Assembly (NCBI GenBank): GCA_964016885.1
Contig: OZ024759.1
Location: forward strand, 25,544,001-25,608,000
Length of the DNA stretch: 64,000 nucleotides
Reading direction: 5' to 3'
Origin: Eledone cirrhosa
Taxonomy: Eukaryota
Shown here piece after piece: positions 55,340-64,000 of this stretch. The position numbers and the translations under genes are program-made. Position 1 is the stretch's first letter. The number at the start of each line of letters is the position of its first letter. The notes below the pieces were generated by a model. The model made no database searches and was not told the origin of the DNA. It worked only from the letters and a program-made list of their open reading frames with translations.

Positions 55340-57385
55340 CACGTATGTCCGTCTCCTCTCTTCTCTGTCTTCCCTTGCACCGAATAACTCTGATTCTCTC
55401 GAACGACTGAAAGAGAAGCATCCATTAGCCCCTCCGGACGACCAATTACACTGACCCGAATCACCAAAATACTCAAGACCGGACTACTCCACTGATAACA
55501 TCAGAAAGATGATTGCATCCTTCCCCATTGCTTCTGGTGCGGAAGTTGACGGTCTACGACCTCAGCATATCAAGGATGGTATCTCCTGGACTCCAGCTCT
55601 TGGAGAGTCTGACTCAGTTTTTGTTCTTCGGTGCGAAATTATTCGGACTCACAAATCCCAACGGAGACCTTTGCCCTATTGCGGCTGGTTGCACCCTTCA
55701 TCGTTTTACTGCAAAGGTGTGTTTGCTATCGGTCTTTGATTCACTGTTGGAGGAATTTTTCCCCCTCCAGTCAGGAGTGGATAGTAAAGCTGGGATGTGC
55801 GGCTGCTTTCCACGCTACCAGAGCCATTACCGACTTGCCCTCCATGTCCCCCAGGGTTATCTCAAATTTGATCTTAAGAATGCCTTCAACTCCGTCAGCC
55901 GCGACGTCGTCCTCAGCTCAGTAAGGGAGAGGGTCCCACAACTCTACCACTTTGGTTGGCAGGCTTATCGGGAGCTACCCTACCTCTCTTTTGGTGATCA
56001 AATCATCATTTATGCCTCAGGAGTTCAAAAGGGTGACCCGCTCGACCCCGCTCTGTTTGCACTGGACGTTGATGACATCACCAAGATAGAGGTTGAGTTG
56101 GGTCTAAACGTTCGGTATCTTGATGACACTTGTTTAGGGGGACCTCTGAATAGGGTTTTTACAACTACAAATATAATGAATGAAGAGCTTGGTCGTCGGG
56201 GTCTCCAGGTCAATAGCTCCAAATGATAGCTCTGGATTCTCAACCACCCAGCTTCTTAACATCAGCAGAAAATAGACCTGTTTGCAGAGATCTTCCCTTC
56301 TATTGCGGTCCCTCACTCGTCAGCATGGTGCTCCTTAGGAGCCACAACTATAGATCTTGCTTTTGAGTCAATTTTCCAATCCAAGATGGTTAATCTTGAG
56401 CAATTATTGAAAACATTGAGGCAATAGAGCCCCATCAATGTTTTTTATACTCAGGAATCACCTATCGGTTCGTAAGCTTCTACATATGCCCAGGGTTAGC
56501 GCATCTCACAGATTTTCGTTATGTCTCCAACGCTTTGACGACCTAATCTTCGAGAGACTCGAGTGCTTTGTCAAGGTCAGACTCTCTCCCGAGTCCCGTG
56601 GTCAGGCTGTGTTGCCTAAGCGATTTGGAGGCCTTCTACGTAAATGAACGTCATCCACCCATGCTTGCTCCACCATTATGAACAACATCCTCTCCTTTCC
56701 AACATGGATTAGTTCCAACAGGGAGACGGATGAAACTCTTCTACGATGGAGAGAATTGGGTTTGTCTGTTCCTGATAAGTTGGAGGACAAACGGACACAG
56801 AGAGTTTGGACAGTGTCTGTACGGGTCTGAAATGTCAGTGTGGTACGCTCCTCGACTCCACAGGCCTTCACGGTCTATCTTGCCGTCTGAATGCCAGTCG
56901 CTTCGCACGTCACACGGAGCTAAACTTCATCATCAAGAGAGCTTTGGCCCGGGCAAACACCCACCTCAATTTTGAAACCGTCTTGGTTATCCAGAATTGA
57001 TGGGAAAAGGACTGACGGTCTTACCCGGTGCCCTTGGATAAGAAGCAGGTGTCTTATCTGGGATGTCACAGTTAGTGCCTCTTTTGCTTCTTTCCACATC
57101 CTGGATGCTGTGGTTAGGGAGAGAACTACAGCTTCCGTAGCCGAACGGAACAAAATTTTGAAATACCAAGATCTGTTGGTTAACTACTTGTTCCAGCTTG
57201 TGACGTTAGAGATGTTTGGGGTAGTTGGGCCGCTAACTGCGAGGTTCTTGCCTTCACTGGTGGTTCAGCTAACCGAGGTAGCTAGTGATGCCCGTGTAGG
57301 GGCTTGGCTGTTTCAGTGCATCACCCTCGCCATTACTTGAGGTAAACGATGCGAGCGTGCTAGCTTGCCTAAAAATTATTAGAGA
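55340..57385 (+). pseudogene. Degenerate CRE-type non-LTR retrotransposon (RT, zinc knuckle, restriction-like endonuclease)
   Basis: DGLRPQHIKD, LCPIAAG, KFDLKNAFNSVSR, GVQKGDPL, YLDD, LPKRFGGL, CQCG..H.LSC..RH, DGKRTDGLT..PW..LIWDVT; many frameshifts and stops. Confidence 0.9.
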
Positions 57386-57498
57386 GGTTTTTCAGTGCTC
57401 GTGATATAGTTGCCTTTTGTTCTGGCAGCGGTTAAAATTATTGACCAGCAACATATATGTAATTATACATAAATATCTTTAGAATATAATATATAGAG

Positions 57499-58069
57499 TT
57501 TATTTAAAATGACCCCCTCGTGCAGCAATAACAGCCTCTCACCTCCGTCGAACGTCTTTCACCGAAGCATGCAACATTTCTTGGGGAATTTTTCCCCAAG
57601 CGCCCAGTAAAGATGCTTTTAAATCATCGAATATCTTATGGACCTTTGAACAGGCTTTTTCTTCAAGGATAAACCATACTGAAAATTCCATAAGGTTCAA
57701 ATTAGGCGAATAAGGATTTCTTCTTATTTTTTCTTAAGCGGCTTTAATGAGAGTAGGGGGTCCGTTCAGTTCGTGGTCTTCCACTTCTAGGACTATCTGA
57801 TAAATCGTGCTCTTTAAGACACTTCACAGCTTTTCAAACAGTAGATCTTGCAACCGAAAGTAACTTTGCAATATTCAAATCTGACATCCCTGCGCGATGA
57901 AGTATGTGTATCCTTTCTCTATTGAATGACATATTCAAATTCTTTAAGAAATTCAAATAAAGTCCAATATGTTTACATAGACTAATGTTTTAATATGAAA
58001 AGAAAAGAATATTAATGATATACTTACAAAACTTTTAGAAATCAATTTCCTTTATGCTCCACCCTGTAT
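57499..58069 (-). mobile_element. Internally deleted Tc1/mariner transposon
   Basis: End TA|CAGGTGGAGCATAAAG; HTH-like MSFNRERIHILHRAGMSDLNIAKLLSVARSTV..RSGRPR is fused to PYSPNLNLMEFSVW..AVIAARGGHF*. Confidence 0.85.
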
Positions 58070-58071
58070 AT

Positions 58072-58316
58072 GGCGCAAAGCATTTTGTCTGATGCTCTAC
58101 CGATTCTGACAATCCTCCACCGTTATCATACATACCATGGTTTCTGATTTAGACACAAGGCCAACAATTTTGTAGGAGGGGAAGTAAGTCGATTAAACCG
58201 ACCCCAGTGTTTTACTGGTACTTCGGCGTGATTTGAACTCAGAATGTAAAGAGCCATAACCAAATACTACGAACCCTTTTGTCCGGCGCTCTAACGATTC
58301 TGTTAGCCTATCGCCA
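58072..58316 (-). mobile_element. SINE copies (1718 family); another at 59632-59822
   Basis: TTTGAACTCAG, CTCTACCGATTCTG.CAATCC, GGTTTCTGATTTAGACACAAG. Confidence 0.75.
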
Positions 58317-60447
58317 GTAAATAAAAAATAAATAAAAATCAGGGGAAATTACTCATACATAATAACGCATTTGTTTCGCTAGAGTTGTCTTTCTTGATTT
58401 AATGCACTTTTTAGCTACTTTAATGTATTTGGTAATGTACTTGGATTCCAGATTCACGTGTTTTTTGGTACCTGTTTCTTACCTGTTCAATCTTTTAAGA
58501 CAATGAAAAAAGCCACATACACAGAGATGCACTTTCAGATATTCACACACATACAACAACAACAACATATCTCATATCTTATGTTCAACATGATATGAAT
58601 GCATGGATGGTAGGGACGCCGTATTGATATACTGCATTTCTAGGGCATTTTTTTAAAAACCAGGCGAAGCTCATCTCCTCTCTATGTCTGAATACGACAG
58701 AGGAAGGAAAGAGAGAGTCACGTAAATACTTGTAGCGAAAGAAATGTTTTCCCACGGTGGTTTTCCCCGATGTCCGCGACCACCAAAGGAATGATCTGCG
58801 ACCTCGCAGGGAAAATAATAGATACATTTCCCGTGTGGAAGGACATTGTACGAAATGAGGACATTTTCTAAGGCCATCTGTTATCAGTAAAATAACTAGT
58901 GGTCATTATAAATACACTGACGTTTGGACCTAGCATCAGTTGTTTCTCTGCTACTTTGCCTGTACAACACAGTCTGTCCATATAACAGTTTACTACTACA
59001 TCTGCTGGTAACATAACTGTCTGACTACAAACTTGTCACTTTTTAAAGGAACATCCCATGGTAAATAAAAAGACTCTCTTACAACACTGAAGCTTTACTG
59101 AAAACTATATTCATTTGTGAACTCTATAATCAACAATTGCATTTATGATTCGAAGTAGTCGTATTTTTCGTTTTTTAGATGAAGTAAAGATATATATTAA
59201 ACCAGAATTGTTGGTATTTGTCATTTCGTAATTTCTTCCTCAACAAATAGATTTGGCTTCGCACTTTCATTTTAGAAACAACATTTCCAATGTGTCATGT
59301 TATTTCGGAGCTACCTCTGTGAGCTACAGTTTCCTCAAACAGTTAAGGTTTTTAACCATTTCAACGGTGTATTTCAATGAAATACACTCTGAATTAATTA
59401 ATGAAGAATTTGGAGAAACTTATTAAAATCTTTAATTATTTCCTAGTTACGATGGTATTTATAATATAATTTAACAAAAGATTCTTAGTTATGTTTGAAG
59501 TTTTAACTTAAATAGGAACTCTTTAAAATGGTTTGATTTGTTTCACTGAACCAGGGATGGTTTTGGTTGGGTCAATATTAGTTTCTGATTTAGGTCTAAA
59601 GCTCTACTGAATGTACCAATCTATAACCCTCTGGTTTCTGATTTAGACACAAGTTCAACAATTTTTTGAAGGGTAGGGGAAGAGAAAGTTGATTAAATCG
59701 ACTCTGTAAGGATGAAAGGCAAAGCTTAACTTCGGCGGAATTTGAACTCAGAACGTAAAGGGGCGTTACTATATGTCACAAAGAATTTTGTGCAACGCTC
59801 TACCGATTCTGCCAATCCACTGCCCCTTGGTTAATAATTTGACATTTGAAGCAAAACAAAACAAAACAATAGATAGCAATCAAAATTTAACGTTTGTATT
59901 TTTTAAATTATTTTTATTAATTTTATTTTTAGAATATTGTTGTCAAGTGGAGTGTGAGGAATGTTTGAGGAGACAGTGGCATATATTGTTGCCGACTGCC
60001 ATAATTTGGTACAAAATGAAAACAAAAAGTGGGGATGAAGTAAGCAAAAGTGGGGATCTGTGTGTGAAGATAAATGGCATAACCATAAGTCAGAGAAAGT
60101 AATTGAATGAGAAGAATGTAAGATATAATGGGACTTCACAACAGAGACAGACAAATTACTAAGAGTACAATGTTAGAAATAACTGTGGTAGACAACCCCG
60201 CCACCTCCAGAAATATGGATATTTAATAGAGCCCGTCAGATCCATTTGACTTAAGAGGGAAGAAATAAAGGAGGAAAATGAGAATTCATTAAAGTATGGG
60301 ATTATACAGCTGTAGGAATTGAAAAAGGTTAAAGTCACACCAGTATAGAAGTAGGGGTAGGTGTCTTGGCAACTTTAACCCATATATTTGATTATTGGCG
60401 CTTAGAGGTTAGAGATTTGGATTCGCCACCGTGAGGTTGCGAGTTCG

Positions 60448-60743
60448 ATATATAAATATATATATATAAATATATATAAATATATATATAAATATATATA
60501 TAAATATATATATAAATATATATATATAAATATATATATAAACATATATATAAATATATATATAAACATATATAAATATATATATAAACATATATATAAA
60601 TATATATATAAACATATATAAATATATATATAAATAAATATATATATATATATATATATAAACATATATATATATATATAAACATATATATATATAAACA
60701 TATATATATATATATATAAACATATATATATATATATAAACAT

Positions 60744-60774
<31 letters not shown>

Positions 60775-61345
60775 AACATATATATATATATAAATATATA
60801 TATATATAAACATATATATATATATAAACATATATATATATATATAAACATATATATATATATATATAAACATATATATATATATATAAACATATATATA
60901 TATATATATAAACATATATATATATAAACATATATATATAAACATATATATATAAACATATATATATATATAAACATATATATATATATAAACATATATA
61001 TATATATAAACATATATATATATATATAAACATATATATATATATATAAACATATATATATATATATAAACATATATATATATATATATATATATAAACA
61101 TATATATATATAAACATATATATATATATATATATAAACATATATATATATATATAAACATATATATATATATAAACATATATATATATATAAACATACA
61201 TATATATATATAAACATATATATATATAAACATACATATATATATATAAACATATATATATATAAACATATATATATATATATATATAAACATATATATA
61301 TATATATATATATAAACATATATATATATATAAACATATATGTAT
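60448..61345. repeat. (TA)nAACA / (TA)nAA satellite
   Basis: Variable-length TA runs punctuated by AAAC. Confidence 0.95.
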
Positions 61346-61464
61346 ATATATATATATATGTAAATATTTCGTTTCTGAATTATATGTTTATAATAAATTG
61401 AAGTGAAAGCAACTGGTGCGTGTGTTTCTTATTGGCAACATGAGCCTCCCAAAGTATAACAATA

Positions 61465-61840
61465 TATGTAAATATATATATATATATATTTATATGTATA
61501 TATATATATATGTAAATATATATATATATATGTAAATATATATATGTAAATATATATATATAGGTAAATATATATATATATGTAAATATATATATGTAAA
61601 TATATATATATATGTAAATGTATATATATATGTAAATATATATCTGTAAATATATATATATATGTAAATATATATATATATGTAAATATATATATGTAAA
61701 TATATATATATATATATATGTAAATATATATATGTATATGTATATATATATATATGTAAATATATATATGTAAATATATATATATATGTAAATATATATA
61801 TGTATATATATAAAAACACACACATATATATATATATTGA
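61465..61840. repeat. (TA)nTGTAAA satellite
   Basis: TA runs punctuated by GTAAA. Confidence 0.93.
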
Positions 61841-62058
61841 AGCATTTATAATATTGATCTTACTGGATAAAAATATCAAAATATGTAACAAAAATTTACC
61901 ATGAAATACATTAACAATGTAAAATAACAAACAAGCATAATCACAAAATGTGATCTCGTTAATGCGAGCGATCTTTAAACGAAGTGGTCGTAAGTGCGAA
62001 CAATCGTTAAACGAAGTGTCTTTTAAGTGACTGGTAGCTGTATGTAAAAGGTAATTAT

Positions 62059-64000
62059 TCAGAACTGGGCGCGGTGTCTGATTTCGTTACAACTCTCGAT
62101 ATGGAGCGCTTGTAGGGAACAATTGAAGTGTATGAGGGAGTTACCGTAGGGCCCTATCCTGTGTGACTGTGGAATAAATATGTCCACCATCACCAGCTGA
62201 TAACATAGAGTCTGAAATTGTTCTTTATTTAACGACTTGAGTAATCCACATAGCGACGTAATTATATCGTCTGCAGAAGCTGCTCGCTTCTCGCTCTCCA
62301 TAATACAGTTTGATATACATTTAATTGATAGTTGTATGGCATGCAGCTTAGAAAGAATGGTGGGAGATTTTAATATCTCCAAGATATTCATAAGAGCTGG
62401 TTTGAAGTGTTCGCAGAATTCTTCCATAGTGATCGTTTCTTGTCGAATACAAACGGAACTGAATCTTTTCACAGATCGTTTTTGTTCCAATTGAAGATCC
62501 TGGAACATTTGACATTCTTCTTCGAAGTCGGCTGCCTTATAAAGAGCCGAGATTGACTTAATTTTTATAGCTGATTCGAAACTCCGAGACGGGAAAGAAT
62601 TTTGAAAATTGAATATACTCTGACTTCTGCTCTGGTTGTTCGACTTCGACTGTCGTTTTCGAACTTTGGTAAACACTTCTCTTATAGGTAGATTGTTAAA
62701 AGGCAGTAAGTTGATTTTTTCCCAAATAGTTGTGTAATAGGACTTACAAGAAATCTTGAACAACTTGTATAAATCTTCCATGATTTCGTTAAACAGCAGA
62801 TCTTCGTATATAACAAACACCATTTTCTGCTCGCTATTTTCAATTTCTTCCAAAGATTTTAGCAAGATTTCGTGCATCTGAAATACATGTTCCGAAACTC
62901 TTTCTTTCAATTGCATAAACATTCTCTCTAAGTATTCATTGAACGGTTGAGGGAAACTATTTTCATCTCCGGGGCCAAATCTACCAGCAAAAGAACTATC
63001 ATTTTGTCCAACATTATCATCATTACTGCCGCTTTCTATATCGAACTTGTCGCTGCTATCTGTTACATTGAAGATGGCATCGTCTGACAGGAAAAGAGAA
63101 ACCTTGCCATTTATTTCGCTAATAAAATCTAAATGTTTTTGTTTAAATTCACAATTGTTTGTTAAATAAATTAGAATTTTCTCTTCGCATGTTTGCCAAT
63201 GAGAAGACACATCGTGGTCGTAAGCTACTAAAAAGCTGGAAATGGTATTTCTCTTATTACTCGTTCCTAAAGATTCATAAAATGTTTCCACTTCATATAT
63301 CGAAGTTTTGATTAATTCACCAATAGAGATTAGTTTGACTTTGTAAAAACAATCCATTTTCATCTTTATCTTGTATTCCTTCACTTCTTGGAAAATGTTC
63401 ATGTAATCGTGAAGTTGAAGTGTATCAGTTTCCGACTTGGTACTCCTCCTTTTCGACTGTTTTAAAGGTTCTTTAAGTCTGTGGTTGATCTTCGTTAGTA
63501 TTGTCTTCCACCTCTGAGTCCGTTCATTTAGTCGTTGGCTCTCCATCTGCTCAAAATATAAAGTATTCCTTTTATCCGAGTTGTTTTTCGACTCCCTTAT
63601 ATGCATCTGTGAAGTCAGGTAATGTTCTTCCATGTAAGACAGATCGTTAGTAAAGTGAGATCGAAGTGTGTCTAAGAAGGTTTTATCAATGACAGCAAAG
63701 AAACTATCTAGGTGATGTGCGGTAAACGAAGCCAAAATCTCTCGTTTTCGAGCCATTTCGTTTGCCGTCTGCAAAACTATACAATCAATATCCATAATTT
63801 CTTTTTGAAGGGCGAAATATTCTTCATTTATGAGCCGTTGGAGCTCTTTTAAGAACGGTAGATCTTCTAAAACAATTAACGAACGAGGAAGTATATAACA
63901 GTATAGTAGTTTCATTACGTACATACCCAGGTTCAACGAGGTCGTCTTCTTACGAGAATGTTTTAAGAGAATAACTTTGGTCTCCTCAATTTGTTCCCGA
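62059..64000 (-). CDS. VPS9-domain protein (VPS9D1-like, Rab5-family GEF fold); 5'-partial, more than 646 codons uninterrupted
   Basis: Frame is open to the window edge ([27 protein letters not shown]...); C-terminal [39 protein letters not shown] matches VPS9 spacing; helical N-terminal half. Confidence 0.8.
   Translation of the reverse strand, partial: REQIEETKVILLKHSRKKTTSLNLGMYVMKLLYCYILPRSLIVLEDLPFLKELQRLINEEYFALQKEIMDIDCIVLQTANEMARKREILASFTAHHLDSFFAVIDKTFLDTLRSHFTNDLSYMEEHYLTSQMHIRESKNNSDKRNTLYFEQMESQRLNERTQRWKTILTKINHRLKEPLKQSKRRSTKSETDTLQLHDYMNIFQEVKEYKIKMKMDCFYKVKLISIGELIKTSIYEVETFYESLGTSNKRNTISSFLVAYDHDVSSHWQTCEEKILIYLTNNCEFKQKHLDFISEINGKVSLFLSDDAIFNVTDSSDKFDIESGSNDDNVGQNDSSFAGRFGPGDENSFPQPFNEYLERMFMQLKERVSEHVFQMHEILLKSLEEIENSEQKMVFVIYEDLLFNEIMEDLYKLFKISCKSYYTTIWEKINLLPFNNLPIREVFTKVRKRQSKSNNQSRSQSIFNFQNSFPSRSFESAIKIKSISALYKAADFEEECQMFQDLQLEQKRSVKRFSSVCIRQETITMEEFCEHFKPALMNILEILKSPTILSKLHAIQLSIKCISNCIMESEKRAASADDIITSLCGLLKSLNKEQFQTLCYQLVMVDIFIPQSHRIGPYGNSLIHFNCSLQALHIESCNEIRHRAQF

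Noticed and set aside
60407-60448. tRNA-like A/B boxes
   Set aside because: Truncated SINE head ending in a TA satellite
63934-63936. TTG start given by the ORF track for the 625-aa protein
   Set aside because: The frame stays open to the window edge, so the true start or splice acceptor may lie outside the window

Overview
AT-rich eukaryotic DNA saturated with (TA)n/(CA)n/(GA)n and triplet microsatellites. The tRNA-SINE and LINE families resemble those of octopus (cephalopod) genomes; this is an inference from repeat style. Most of the ORF track is microsatellite artefact. Two host genes lie on the minus strand: a complete 4-coding-exon PPP1R11/Inhibitor-3 (132 aa, 53910-48725) and a long uninterrupted VPS9-domain ORF (VPS9D1-like, 62059 to beyond the window end). 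Mobile DNA includes RTE and CRE-type non-LTR retrotransposon relics, a CR1/L2-like tail, a deleted Tc1/mariner, hAT and mariner MITEs, and many SINEs. The most striking unexplained signal is at least 8 unrelated families of short non-coding elements wedged into (TA)n tracts. They form fold-back palindromes and carry type I hammerhead ribozyme motifs (6 with a complete catalytic core, more than 10 degenerate or half copies), consistent with Penelope-like pLTRs or retrozyme-like non-autonomous elements. Two candidate HDV-like ribozymes were also seen. All RNA structures were paired by eye and not computed.
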